Shown: positions 28,301-42,763, counted from the first letter of the stretch. The stretch is 64,000 nucleotides of DNA from Octopus bimaculoides (GCF_001194135.2 NC_068988.1:50544227-50608226), one strand, 5' to 3'. Notes: generated from the sequence alone by a model not told the origin. Numbers and translations are program-made.

Positions 28301-29324
28301 TAATGAAATACACAGCTTATGAGCTTCAACAAATTAAAGAAGTTTAGTGAATTAACTATTTTTCATTATTAAGTTGCTGTTTGGAACAATGAAAATTTGC
28401 AGCAGCTATTATAAACCCCGATTACAGATAGAAAAAAGCAATGCGGTCACTGATATGACTTGAACCTTGTATCAAACAGTTGCTGGGTGACTGTGTAACT
28501 GATTACCCTACAGAGCACTGGTTGCTATTCAGTCTTCTTACATTAATCAAAACTATATTTTCATAAGTATTTCTGCCAACCAAAGAAAAAAATCCACTGC
28601 AGCTTATTTGAAAGGAAGGAGTAACAGCAGATGTTTTGCAGAATAACTTGAAATATGGTAAACAGCTATGCATTATTCAAATCACATCAGCAGGGGCTAC
28701 TGAACTTTGTTGTCTCAAACGGTATTTATAATTCCTAATATTAATTGAATTGAAATTTAAACAGCTAAAACATGGCATTTTGCAACCACATTTTTAATAA
28801 AATACACCTTCTGAATACTTCAATTTACTTAAAAATAATCCTAAATTTGCAAAGATAAAAGTAGAATAACAAATTTTACATTAGTATTTAGAACATAACA
28901 TAAGTTTCTTTACATTAAAGTATTTGTGATGGAAGGTTTAGATTTAAATCTGAACATTTTAACATAGAAGATTTTTATCACGAAAACTGATGAAGTTCTC
29001 AGGTTGCTATCAAAGGTTCTTACATAAAATCATGACAGAAGGCTTAAATACAAATATGAGCATGTTCACATTGGTGGTATTGACTAACAAACAGGACAAG
29101 GCAGTTTGGTATCAACAAACTTAAACTGCTAAAATAACTACTTTTTCATGAAACAGCTGATCCATTTTGGAAGCGGGGGAAACACATTTACTCAACTCAA
29201 ATTTATTATTATCAATGAATAAAAGTTAACTATGGTGGAATTTAAACTTGGGACCAGATTTCTAAGTCCTACATGTCCAAGAATTTAAAGAATCCTGTTA
29301 GTTTTGTCAATATTTATTCACGAT

Positions 29325-29505
29325 TAAGGTGGCGAGCTGGCAGAAATGTTAGCACGCCAGGAGAAATGCTTAGCAGTATTTTGCCTATCTTTACGTTCTG
29401 AGTTCAAATTCTGCCATGCCTTTCATCCTTTTGGGGTTGATCTTATCAACTGGCCCTCCCCAAAAATTTTGGGCCTTGTGCCTAGAGTAGAAAAGAATAT
29501 TCATT
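29325..29505 (+). mobile_element. Family C SINE, with head and internal deletion
   Basis: AAGGTGGCGAGCTGGCAGAAATGTTAGCACGCC head plus GCCTTTCATCCTTTTGGGGTTGAT. Confidence 0.75.
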
Positions 29506-32500
29506 TACTATATAAATACAACAGCATTTGTAGAATTTCACTTGGATAGGACATCACTATCATCTTTTAATATCCACTTTTCTAAGCTTTCAGTGATCAG
29601 ATGGAATTTGTTGAGGCAAATTTTCTATAGCCACATGAGTGGTATATCCCATGCTCAGACATGTCTTTCATGAAAGACTGAAAATGAACAGCATCACTTG
29701 TATGATGGTGCTGCTCATTTACAACCACCATGTGACATCAGGACAAAAGTACACAGATAGACACACACTGCATATATTTATGATAGGTTTCTTTCAGATT
29801 CTGCCAACCAAATCCATTCATAAGGCTATGGTTGGCCCAGGGCTGTAGTAGAAGACATTTGACCAAGGTACTGCACAGTGAGACTGAACCCAAGACACAC
29901 GGTCAAGAAGCATGCTTCTTAACCACACATTAGCGCATGCACCATGAATTAATATCTAGACTGGAATTCAGTCTTTGATTTGTTTACAGAAAACTTGTCA
30001 TAGATTTTGCTGAATAATGTAAAGGATGGTATACACTGTCTATTATGTATGCCACTCGGAAATATGCATATGGTAAGAGTAAGATTTAATGTATGTGCAC
30101 ATGTGTGAAAGTGTATATATCATCATCATCATTTTAACATCCACTTTTCCATGCTTGCATGGGTTGGAAGGAGTTTATTGAAGCAGTTTTTCCATGGTAA
30201 GATATTCTTCCTGCCACCAGCCCACACCCATCTCCAAACAAGGTAATATCCCCACATCTTCAGAAATGTTCTTGCAGAATATTGGAAATGGATGATAGTT
30301 CTAGTGTGACACTAACACTCATTTACAATTAACATGACACCAAGAATAGGATACACACACACACATACACACCATCTATCAAATTCACTCAAAGGCTTTG
30401 GTTAGCTTGGAGCTATAGTAGAAGATATTTTCCCAAGCTGTCTTGCACACACATACGTACACACGTTTCTACAAAGAAATGATATACTTGAGTGTACATA
30501 CAAATATATATAACTAAAGAGAATATATTTGAACAGATGGTGCACATATAAAGGTATAGATATAATATAAGCATTGTACACCCTAATGAATGGTTTGACT
30601 GGCTGGTGCTTCATTCTGGTTATAGGACATGAAACACGAGGGACAAAAATTTACCTGGATAGGATGCTAGCTATTGCAGATAACATTCCTACATTGATTT
30701 GGTACCTATTTCCCAACAGCCAAGAAAAAGAGACAATGCAGAAATGTCCCTGTAGTAGAACTGAACTCACAACTAAAGTGTAGCTAGCACAACACCTTAT
30801 CTACTCAGTCATCTTGCTTCTACTATGGTACATAGAGTTCGATGGAGCGGAATTTTTATAAAAGGTGTAGTTGTGTGGTTAAGAAGTTAGCTTCCCTACC
30901 ATGTGTTTCTGAGTTCAGTCTCAAAGTGTGGCACCTTGGGCAAGTGTCTTATACTATAGCCCCCAACACTGACTGAAGCTTTGTGAATGAATTTGGTAGA
31001 CTGAAATTTAGAAATCCATCATGTACATATGTATGTAGGCATATGAATATGTATATGCATGTACCCTTGTCTTCATATCATATGGTTATTGTAAATGTGC
31101 ATCGCCATCATGCAAGTGAGATTCTTCATTTCCAGTCATCCATGGAAAACATGCTTGACCATCGGCCATAGAAAATCTGCCTCAATAAATTCTGTCTAGC
31201 CCATGCAAGCATGGAAAAGTGGCCATTAAACAATGCTGTTGATGATGATAATGATGATACTCAATAGTTGCTATCTGCCAACAGGATGTCCATATTTCAC
31301 TTCAACTATTGCAACATTAGTCATTTTACCAACAAAATGGCTATTTATGCCTACCTCTCTTTCACGCACATGCAACAAATATGAAAAAAGACCAATTGCA
31401 TAAAAAGCATACACAGAAACACACCAATAAAATCATACATACACAAACAAACATGAGACAAAAACTTGTGAGTGGGAAGTGAAAAAAGATATGAAAAAAA
31501 ACAAACAAACTGAGAACAGAAGAAACATTACAAAAATGGAAAGGAACATTATAGTTGCACATCTATGTTATGACTCTTGGATCGGTCTGAGCAACTTCCT
31601 GTTCAGAAATTCAATCATCAAAAGGAAGCTGGAGCACTTCTGGCAAGTGCTGTGAAATTTCAATACCTTTTTAAATGACTAAAAAATAAGAGGAATATAT
31701 AATAATGATGTGGTGAAGCAGACATACCAACACTTAGCACAATGTTACAGTAATGTTGCAACTGTAATTCTTTTTAATCAGCAATGTATGTAAAATTTCT
31801 GCCAATGATGTTAAACTACCACTTTCACAATCTACATCACTAATCCCCATATTCATTCTTACCGATTCTTGGCTGGATAATGAAAAGAATCTGTAGAAAA
31901 TATTTCTCTTTTCAAATTCAGCTACTTCTGCTCCAATAAAATCTCAATTTAAGGTAAGTGGAAATCTTCCAAACTCATACACACTTATTAAAATAAGTCT
32001 GCCTAAATTATCCATTTGGCATAACAGCAGGAAAAAGAAAACAATAAATGCTGAAGAGATGACAGATAATTAATTTTTTGTTGTACAATTTACATTTGGA
32101 ATGGTGAAATGTTTAAATAAAAGCAACACTTATGAGCACAATAAAATACCTCACTGAGATATTGTTAGCATTCCAATGTAAAGTTTACAGTTACAGAAAC
32201 AACAACAGCTTTGCAATGTGTATAACTTCACATGGTGCCACATGGAAGGACTCACCTTGTCAAAAATACAGTTTTAAAAAGCTAACATACAGATATGAAA
32301 ATACTGAAGGCACATATAAGACACACACTGTTATAACCACAATGCATTACTGTGTTTTAAGTCAATAAACCTCCTTATTCGATTTGGTTTACAGATGAAG
32401 CAAATAGCTGTTGATTAGCCATAGAGCAACACTAACTGAACAGACCTACATTCAAAAACCATAACAATCCCAACTTTTTCTCAGGGATTGCCTATCTAGG

Positions 32501-32829
32501 AGGGCTACATTATCCAACATGTCTCTCACATTTCAGGGTAGAACGTGATAAAATAAAAATGTACATGCCATAAACAGAAAAGTAAAATGGCCAAGTTGCA
32601 AAAAGTATTGAGGCATTAGCTCATGTCTGTAACTTTATATCTTATAGCAAGAGTTTAATTGTTTCTTTGAGCAAAACAATCTGTACACCTCAGTATACCG
32701 AGTGAAGAGAATAACTGTTTAGGGAAATTTACCTGAGCTGACAGACTAGCATCCTTAACAGAACAGGATTTGTTTCACAGGCTTAATGCTTAAGAAATAT
32801 ATAGAGCACTATTCTTTATAAACCCTTTA

Positions 32830-33100
32830 AAATGAGTAAGGAAATGGTTTCAAGATTCATATTAAATATCACTGATTTGGTAATGGATGACAATTCATTT
32901 CTTATGCAACAACAAACAACAATTGAGTTTCTGACCTTACTTAGCAGTGCCATGTTACATCTCAAAGAGATATATCAACAGCAGCAAACAGAATTCAAAC
33001 AGAGTAGAGTCTTACACACATAATATTGAGAGTTGAAAAGTTTTGATCGGCTGTGGTTATCAGAACAAGAGGGAGCTAAAACTCTAAGAGGTGTTTAGAA
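32830..33100 (+). pseudogene. Possible Penelope-like RT remnant
   Basis: FILNITDLVMDDNSF...LSSAM resembles the recalled FIL....L.NN.F...GTAMG; highly degraded. Confidence 0.35.
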
Positions 33101-33471
33101 TCTTGAAATTTGGACAGTATAAACTAGATATGCTCCAATTCGCATCATAATCATTTAATGTCCGTTCTTCCATGCTTGCATGGGGTAGACAGAATTTAGT
33201 GAGGCAGTCTACAGCTGGATGCTCTTCTTATTGCCAACCCTCAGTGGTTTCCAAGTAAGGTTATATTTCCCCACAACCAAACATGCATTTCATGGAACAC
33301 TGGAAGTAAACAACCTTGACTGTATGACAATTATGCCCATTTATAACCATTTTGTGATGTCTAGACAAGGATACACACAAACACACACCCCTCCCCACTC
33401 TCTCTCTTGCCTTTTGTACATATCTGCTATATAGGTTATACATACATACATACACACACAAACACAGGACA

Positions 33472-33627
33472 GACCTTTTTCAGTTTCTGTATGCAAATCA
33501 ACTTAGAAGGCTTTGGTCAGCCCAGAGCTATAGAAGACACTTGACCAAGGTGTCATGCAGTAGGACTGAAACCAAGACCATGTGGTTGGGAAGCAACATT
33601 CTTAACCACACAGCCATGCTTGTGCCT
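33472..33627 (-). mobile_element. Family B SINE, 5' half
   Basis: TTTCAGTTTC...GAAGACACTTGACCAAGGTG...AACCACACAGCCA. Similar 5' halves lie at ~29795-29930, ~30373-30440, ~30866-31020 (+), ~43655-43817 and ~59264-59385. Confidence 0.75.
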
Positions 33628-34093
33628 ATAATTTCTAATAATTTCTGACAACTGATCAGAATGAAGTTATCTCACTTGCTTATTATTTTGGGATTTTAAA
33701 CACTCCTAGGGGGATTTTGTTAACCTAAGGAGCCTCCATCAGTCACAGTTGACCATGCATCTACACATGTATGCACAGGCCTGGGCAACATTTATATGTT
33801 TTGAAGACAACTGGCAGTTGCCCAAGCATGCAAGTTTCCCCACTTTATGTCATTAATGTTTATCCAAAAGGAAGGTTACCAACTTGGGTTGGGACCCATA
33901 CAGTTTAGCATCAGTGTTGTCACAGGTTAAAACAGTAAAGTTAATTAAAATGGGATTTAAACCCAAAATGTAAACCTGAGATGATTAAATACTGCACAAC
34001 ATTTAGTGCAATATTCTGTCATTGCAACCCAGGAGATAGTGATTTATTAATTTAGAAATTAAACTTCAACAAATTGTATGCACATACATGGTC

Positions 34094-34492
34094 ACATCAT
34101 CATCATCATCATCATCGTTTAACGTCCGCTTTCCATGCTAGCATGGGTTGGACGACTTGACTGAGGACTGGTGAAACCGGATGGCAACACCAGGCTCCAA
34201 TCTAAATTTGGCAGAGTTTCTACAGCTGGATGCCCTTCCTAACGCCAACCACTCAGAGAATGTAGTAGGTGCTTTTACGTGTCACCTGCACGAAGGCCAG
34301 TCAGGCGATACTGGCAACGGCCACGCTCGAAATGGTGTCTTTTATGTGCTACCCGCACAAGCCAGTCCAGGGGCACTGGCAACGATCTCGCTCGAAAATC
34401 CAATGGAGGCCAGTCAGGCGGTACTGGCAACGGCCACGTTCAAAATGGTGCATCTTATGTGCCACCCGCACAAGAGCCAGTCCAGGGGCAAC
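34094..34492 (-). mobile_element. Family D retroposon, young, with tandem hairpin modules
   Basis: (ATC)n tail, many intact CpGs, repeated GCCAGT-N8-ACTGGC units. Confidence 0.85.
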
Positions 34493-36464
34493 ACATATAA
34501 AACAGTACACATGTTCTTGTGTAGTCCCAGGGTTTCCAGTCATAACCATTTATTCCTTGAAGGTATCTAGGACTACATTATCTAATATATATTTAAGATA
34601 ATTAAGATAGTAGGGTATGATTTAAGGGATTTTGCAGCCATTTCTAGGAGACTGAGTGAACATGTAATGGCTCCCTTGATAGCTCAAGTACATCCATGTA
34701 GTTCGTATGCATGAACATGAATATGTAGCATCAGATCAATTCTCCAATACTTATTGAATTATTTTGACATACAGGTTGCTCAACATTGCAGGGCAACTTG
34801 GGAAAACCGAAGGGCATTACACATACATATTATTACATATTACAAAAATACGTCATAAAGATATGAGCAATGTTTACAGACACATGTGCAATGTGTACAA
34901 TAAAAATTGTTTATAGGTACACCCATCCATAAACATTATCACATATACTCAAATGCAATATAAGTGCACACAGAAATATGTATACATACAAATACACATT
35001 ATACAAACAATGCACAGAAACAAATCTCTCTCACATGTTAACTCACAAAGCAGATGTATTGTTTTTATTGAAATAATATATTTTGAATACCACTGTTGAT
35101 AGAAAACAGTTGGCACGACTATACACTTTTGTGTAGGTACATAATTAACATACATTTATCCATCCTGTTTACAATCCTTGTAGAAATCTCTCTACCTTTT
35201 TTACTGGTTTCAGTCATTAGACTGTAGCCACACTAGGATGGCATTTTCAATTATATAAATCAGTTACTTGGTTTAGTACTCATTGTATTCATCTCTATTT
35301 ATCAAGTGCTTAAGTTAGAGTTATCTCACTTTTATATACTTAAATACCACTAAGTATTTACACCAATATACTCAAACACATGAGCTTCGACCTAATTTCT
35401 TTCCACTGAAAATTTTACACATAACACACTAGGCACCTTGAGGCTATGATAGAGGATACTTGCCAAGATATTGCACAGTGAGATCAAATTTGGAATAAAC
35501 TGGTCAGAAAGCAAAACTTTTAAACTGCACAATCATGCTTACAAGTATTTTTTTAAAAAAAGAATTAAGCTGCAACTAAGTCAAATTATTGAGTTAATTT
35601 AAAATTAGTCAAGAAGTTAATAAAGTGATAAAAACATTGTACATTTAAATTCAAAGTGCATTTGGTGATATTTTTAATTTCTGTAATGGCTAACACCCTT
35701 GCCAAATTAACAAAAGATGCTGGATTGATAACACAGAAAGATCAGGCTACTTCCTCCTGCTTTTCAAACTGTATTGTTTTCAAATCTGCATACAAGTATA
35801 CAATGCACATGTGTGTCACATATTGTGCATATAGATGTGTATATATGCTAGCCTATGTATGTTTTCCTTTCAGTGTTCATAAATATATTGTTTATCTATA
35901 AGCCTCTCTTTAGCCAACAATTTGTTTCTCTACCTATGTATGTGTGAGTGTATGTGTCTTATATATAAAGACAAAGTATTGCATAACCTCTCAGCTGTCT
36001 TTCATAACAGCAAAAACCTAGTTTTTAAAGTGTAGCAATGGGTAAAAGATAGTGCTGCTGATAATAGGTGATGTAGTTAGAAGTGACATGACTGAATGGG
36101 AGTGCAGAATGTGAAAGGAGCATGTAAATAGATCACCAGTCAGATGGGAACGGCGCTCCTGGTGGTAGTAAAGGAGAGTAAGAAGCATAGGAGATGTACA
36201 GCTGATAACATGCTCCTTTTATATTGACGTTGTGTTATTATTCCAAAAATTATTTGTAAGTGGCTGATTTCAATGTTCTTCTTGTAACAAATATTTACTA
36301 ACTCTTCACCAACATCAGTGCCAATACAGTCACTAGGAAATAACAAGAGCAATGCCCCACCCTCGCCTATAGGCAAAATTAATTCAAATTTCTCAAAACA
36401 ATTTCTTAGATTCATTTGTTTACAAACTTGGCAATTCATGAGACCTAGATCCAATAGAAAAGGA

Positions 36465-36501
<37 letters not shown>

Positions 36502-37022
36502 AAAGAAAGGAAGATTAGCACAGGAAATAATCAATTATGTATTGTTTTGTTTCTTCTGTTTGTTAATCAAAAATGTACTCACACAGAGTTACTTTTAGCT
36601 TCAAATATTTGGTTATGGCCATGTTAGGAAATCGATATGTGTGTATGCGCATAAGCGCGTGTGTGTATGCGCATAAGCGCGTGTGTGTATGTATGTATGT
36701 ATGTATGTATGTGTCATCAATTACACGTTTTTCATGCTGGTATAGGTTGTGTGTGTGTGTGTGTATATAAACATATATAGGGGTATCTTTGTTTTGACAT
36801 CATGTGCTGATTGTAAATAAACATCATTATTTAAGCGCTGTCATCCATTTGCAATCATTAGCAAAAAACATGGTCTGGGCTAGAGAAAGATATTACTTTG
36901 CTTGGAAACTAGTGAGGCTTAGTGACATGGAACTGTATCTGCCCATAGAAATACCTCAATGAATTTCATCTATGCAAGCATGGGAAAGTAGGTGTTAAGA
37001 TGACAATAATGATAATTCTCTG

Positions 37023-37062
<40 letters not shown>

Positions 37063-37072
37063 NNNNNNNNNN

Positions 37073-37109
<37 letters not shown>

Positions 37110-37113
<4 letters not shown>

Positions 37114-37497
37114 TTTTATTCTTTTACTTGTTTCAGTCATTTGACTGCAACCATGCTGGAGCACCACCTAAAGGGGTTTTAGTCGAGCAAATTCACCCCA
37201 GGACTTATTTTTTGTAAGCCTAGTATTTATTCTATCAGTCACTTTTGCCAAACTGGGATGTATACACATCAACATCGATTGTCAAGCGATGGTAGGGGGA
37301 TGGTGACAAACATAGACACAAACACACAAATATATACATAGATACATACACGACGGGCTTCTTTCAGTTTCCGTCTACCAAATCCACTCACAAGGGTTTG
37401 GGTGGCCCTAGGCTATAGTAGAAGACACTTGCCCAAGGTGCTACACAGTGGAACTGAATCCAGAGCCATATGATTGGGAAGCAAGCTTCTTACCACA
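37110..37497 (-). mobile_element. Family B CORE-type SINE, near full length
   Basis: Reverse complement of 8767-9124. Confidence 0.85.
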
Positions 37498-37733
37498 CAC
37501 ACACATATATATATATATAACTAATTTATATTGTACTAAAGCTAACAAGTTACAAAACTACATACTAGACACTTGGCCAAAGTGCCAGACAGCAAGATCT
37601 AAACAGGAATGATGAGGTTGCAAAGGGAATTTCTGAACAACACAGTTATATACTTACAGCCAAAAACAAGCATAAAAGTTCAGATACAAAAAAAATTAAG
37701 TTGTTTGAAGTTCTGGCCTTACATAAAGACATG

Positions 37734-38104
37734 TGGAGGCGCAATGGCCCAGTGGTTAGGGCAGCGGACTCACAGTCATAGGATCATGGTTTTGATTCCC
37801 AGACCGGGCGTTGTGAGTGTTTATTGAGCGAAAAGACCTAAAGTTCCACGAGGCTCTGGCAGGGGATGGTGGCGAACCCTGCTGTACTCTTTCACCACAA
37901 CTTTCTCTCACTCTTACTTCCTGTTTCTGTTGTGCCTGTAATTCAAAGGGTCAGCCTTGTCACACTGAATATCCCCGAGAACTACGTTAAGGGTACACGT
38001 GTCTGAGGAGTGCTCAGCCACTTGCATGTTAATTTCACGAGCAGGCTGTTCCGTTGATCGGATCAACTGGAAGCCTCGACATCGTAAGCGAAGGAGTGCC
38101 AACA
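37734..38104 (+). mobile_element. Family A tRNA-derived SINE, full length
   Basis: A-box-like TGGCCCAGTGG and B-box-like GGTTTTGATTCC head, CAACAA tail, 13-bp TSD ACATAAAGACATG at 37721-37733 and 38105-38117. Confidence 0.93.
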
Positions 38105-39224
38105 ACATAAAGACATGAAGATTGTAAGGAAGTAAAACAGCTTCTATAAAAAATTGAAACTATGGTCACCAGACACCAAATATAATTTGTTTAGTTCTAT
38201 TATCAGTCCTGACTGAGTAGACCTAAAATCAAAAGCATGCCCACCAAGATCATCTTGTCTTTCTTAGGCACTGTGTACCTCAACCTCCTTATCTAATGTG
38301 TCCTTTCTGTTTTTCTTTTAAATGGTAGTGTGTGGTTCAAGATTTGGTTGCTATTTCAAGAAGAGTTGAGAGGTTAAGTACAGGCTCACAGACACAGAAT
38401 CTCAGATTTTTTGTGAGATGGGTGAGTGAAATGAGACTATGTGAGGTTCGTACATATATCAAGTGCATCAGTAGCTATTAATAATCACGATTTTATTAAT
38501 GTTCTGAATTCTTTTGGCTTTTATTTGTTGATGTTTGTATAGACTGCAAATATCTGGCTACCTATATTCATCTCATCACCATATCAACTCTATTAAAGCT
38601 ATTATAACTGTGTAATTGGAACAAAAGATGACATTCTTTTTGATATATTTGGATGTCCTAAGCTATTAATATACATAATATATTAATTATAGCTTCATAT
38701 GAGTTGAAAAATATTAAGGAATATTCAAACAGGAAAGAAAAGTTTGCAAAGACATACATATTCATGTTATCTTATAGAACAGTAAGAAACTATGACAAAT
38801 AAAGACTGACAAAGAAAAAAAAACAACAAATACACAAAATAAAATCAATTATGAGGTTTTGTTTGGAGAATGAAGTAAAGTTGAGTTTGCAATCATACAA
38901 GTGTAATGGTCAATTAGACCAATATCATAAATACTGCAGGAAAAATATCTTAAAATTAATAGCAAGTAGTATTCACCAGACATTTCATTAAAACTATTAT
39001 TACAAATTAACTCAATAAATCAACTTGTACATTAAAATACAACAGACTACATACATACTCTTTGAGTGGCAATTATATTTTATCTTCAAAATTAATCTAC
39101 AAAATAATCTACTTTTGAGAATCAGAACATAGATGTAAGTGTTTGTTTTCAAATTAATTTTAATATTTACATAATCCTTGGTTAATTTCTGAATAAAATA
39201 CTGACTTCTGACTATATATATGTG

Positions 39225-40432
39225 TGTGTGTATAGCTATCTGGACAGCTGAGGGCATATCTAAAAGGGCCACTATAAAAAGCAGTGGTCCTAAGACAGTG
39301 CCCTGTAGAACACTACTCATTATTTGTCTTTCCTTTGAGGTGGCTCCACTGGCCATCACTGCCTGACTCAGCAAGTCATTTTCTTCAAGGAATGTGATTA
39401 GTTTCCTCCTGACTATTCATGCCATGACTTTGCTGATGAGTGAAGTCAGCGAGAGAGGCCTGTAATTTTTGGCATCTGCTCTGCTTCCACCTTTATGGAT
39501 TGGGCATATTATTCCCTCCTTCTTGCCATTTGTAAGAAAACTCTGGAAGAGAATCTGTAGGGGTTTTGCCAAGGCACGTTTGCATGATTTGAGGAGGATT
39601 GCTGGGAAACCATCAGGGTCAGCAGTTGAATTTGAGTCCACCTCACCTATGGTTAGTATCATATTTTCTTCTCCAATGTTGATGTAATCTATCATAACTG
39701 CCTCCCTGGTTATAGGTGGCAAACAAATCCACTGGTTCATTCACTTGTCTGTTTCAACAGGGTAGTAAAGACACTTTTGAACTGGTCATTCATTACTTCA
39801 CTGATCCTGGTTGGTTTATCTGTGAGTGAGTTGTCCTTCTGGAAGAGGGGTCCTATTTTGCAGTGTACTGAGCCATTTTTTTGGCATAATGAAAGAAAGC
39901 CTTTGGGTCTGACTTTTTATAACCCAGGCTTCTTTGTCTGCTCTCTTCTTCACATAGGATTGTTGCAGGCTTTTTTCAATCTCCATCAGTGTCGTTTTTA
40001 GGCGGGATATTTCACTACTTTTGCGATGTTGGTTAAAGCGATTTGCAACCTTCGTCCATCATCTCATAAGGATCTTCCTCCTCTTGGATTCTTGTTCCTT
40101 TTTGTGTTGGTCTTGTGTTCTGGGACGTATTTGTAGTATATGGCTTGCAAAACAGACATAAAATACTCTAATTTCATGCCGATGTCTGGTGTGGAGAGAC
40201 ATTTCGGCCAGTTCTGTCTGAGGATCTCTTCTTGGAGAGAGTTTGGGTGCTTCCTTTAGGCTGTATGTTTGTGGCTGCTTTTGGTCCATACATAGACATA
40301 TCTATTATACTGTGATCTGAAATTAATATTGGCATCACTTTCACATTACGAGCAATGTCCATATTGTTTGTGAAACAGAGGTCCAATATGTTATTTGTCC
40401 TGGTTGGTCAGAGTACAATTTGCTCCATGTCA
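39225..40432 (-). pseudogene. Decayed CR1/L2-group LINE ORF2 fragment (endonuclease end to RT), internally deleted
   Basis: Translated motifs PTRTNNILDLCFTN...[44 protein letters not shown] and SVLQGTVLGPLLF, broken by stops and frameshifts. Confidence 0.88.
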
Positions 40433-41490
40433 AGAAACAATAACCAAAAGGCTACAAAGAGCTAGTAGAAGTGACAATGACTTTTACTTATCCAATACAC
40501 TGTATCATCTCTTACAACTGCTACAATATTTCCTGCTCCTTTCAGTTAGTAAGCTGAGTAAGATCCCATTTAATACTCACATCACTTCTCTTTAAAAACA
40601 TGAAAACCAAATTGAAAATGGAGGTACAGAAATGGCTGAACATTACAAATATTGACTTCTACCAACAATAACAAGACTAGCACAAAAGTAATTATAAACA
40701 AAATTAACTTTCAAAAACTTCTCCACTCCACTCTATGCACTCAGCATAAGACAACTAGTGTGAACTAAGTTAAAGTTTAAAGTTCCATTTTTCTATGCCA
40801 AGAGTAAGATATATCGAAAAAGAAATATTTGACAAAACTATAAGTTAATACGAGCCCAAAGAAGATAATGTTTCCATCACAGTTTCTAAGTTGATTTATA
40901 GATTGTAATTGGCGTGAACTTTCTCAGTTTTATGTAATGAAACTTTTAAAAAATATTAATTTCAAATAGTTTTCATGCCACCTTGCCATGTAAAAAGCAC
41001 CCAGTCCACTCTGTAAAGTGATTGATGGTAGGAAGGGAAATCCAACTGTAAAAACCTTGTCAAAACAGACAGTGGAGCTTGGTGCAGTCCCCTGGCTTGC
41101 TGACTCCTGTCAAACTGTCCAACCCATGCCAGCATGGAAGATGAATGTCAAATGATGATGATGATGATACTGATACTTTGCATGGAGCATCATGTCCTAA
41201 GTGTAATACATACCATTAGCCAGGTAGGGTAAAGTAACATTTGTGCTCATGAGCATATGTTCAATAATCTAGCATCATAAACCAACAGTTAAAGTGTCTC
41301 CATAAATGAACATTAAATCAACAAATTTATCGCTAATATATGTGAGCATTTGTTTGTTATAACTGTTTGCTAAGATGAGGGAATTTAGTTACATCATGAA
41401 TCACAGGGTATTCATTGGATTAGAAGAAATGCAAAGTCAACTCTTATTAACAACTAGATATCACATAAAAGGCCCCACCTATCTCCTGTG

Positions 41491-41874
41491 GGTAGAGGCA
41501 CAATGGCCCAGTGGTTAGGGCAGTGGACTCACGGTCATAGGATCGCGGTTTCGATTCCCAGACCGGGCATTCTGAGTGTTTATTAAGCGAAAAGACCTAA
41601 AGCTCCACGAGGCTCCGGCAGGGGATGGTGGCGAACCCTGCTGTACTCTTTCACCACAACTTTCTCTCACTCTTACTTCCTGTTTCTGTTGTGCCTGTAA
41701 TTCAAAGGGTCAGCCTTGTCACTCTGTGTCACGCTGAATATCTCCAAGAACTACGTTAAGGGTACACATGTCTGTGGAGTGCTCAGCCACTTGCACATTA
41801 ATTTCATGAGCAGGCTGTTCCGTTGATCGGATCAACTGGAACCCTCGACGTCGTAAGCGACAGAGTGCCAACAA
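41491..41874 (+). mobile_element. Family A tRNA-derived SINE, full length
   Basis: 12-bp TSD CTATCTCCTGTG at 41479-41490 and 41875-41886; tRNA-like head. Confidence 0.93.
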
Positions 41875-42725
41875 CTATCTCCTGTGTACAGTGAACACAT
41901 TACCAAATATAATGGCCATGTGCTTAATATCAGTTCAAACTTTGCTACAGCCAATTGTGTCTGCACCACTTAGACAAGACACTTCATTTCATTGGATTCA
42001 ACCTACTTAACTGATGACAAACACCACTCTGACTTCAGAGTAAACATGCAGGGAGAAAATTCCAAAAGTGCCAGAATTTCTAGATTAACTTAAACCAGGC
42101 AAATATATATATTTGGCATTAGGAAGGGCATCTAGCCATAGAAACCAATCCAAATCAGATTGGAACCTGGTGTAGTTCCCCAGCTTATCAATTTTTAGTC
42201 AAACTGTCCAGCACATGCCAACATGAAAAGCAGATGTTAAATGATGATGATACACACACACACAGGTGAGAACCTAAGTGCAAAACAAGGTGGGAAAAAT
42301 AGTACTTGAATACCAAAGATAGAGTGATATGCTTTTATTAAAACTGCAAGATTATCACAAAACTGTTACTCAGAGTTTCATTATCTTGTTTGTCAGACAG
42401 TGTGTGTGTGAGTATAAAATTATAAAACATATAAGCAAAAATAAAATTTCACAACTAAATCACTTCTATTTGCATGCTCCTCATATTCAGAACAGCTTCA
42501 GTAATAAGGGGCACCAAATCACCAATTTAGACAGGGAGGACAGTGTAGAGAATGAAAGAGTAGGGTTATTACTTAGGTGTCAATGATGATTACATCATCT
42601 GAATGAGCAACTGAACATTTAAATAGAACTTCTTTTCTTGAAGAGAAACATTTATGTTCAAAGATCAGCAGAGAGAGTTGACATTCTGATCAGGTGTTTC
42701 ATATTTGGAAGTAGAGAGAGAGAGA

Positions 42726-42763
<38 letters not shown>

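Noticed and set aside
31633-31651. 7-bp hairpin AGCACTT-CTGGC-AAGTGCT containing a miRNA-seed-like word
   Set aside because: The stem does not extend; far too short for a precursor.
36256-36318. Plus-strand 63-nt intron-like signature (GTAAGT...TACTAAC...CAG)
   Set aside because: No flanking coding frame or gene on that strand; such a co-occurrence is plausible by chance in this much sequence.
36638-36681. 22-bp tandem duplication (TGTGTGTATGCGCATAAGCGCG x2) and an 18-bp x3 minisatellite at ~45997-46045
   Set aside because: Ordinary slippage products within microsatellite-rich sequence.
37734-37810. tRNA genes
   Set aside because: All tRNA-like A/B-box sequences are SINE heads without a complete cloverleaf or acceptor stem.
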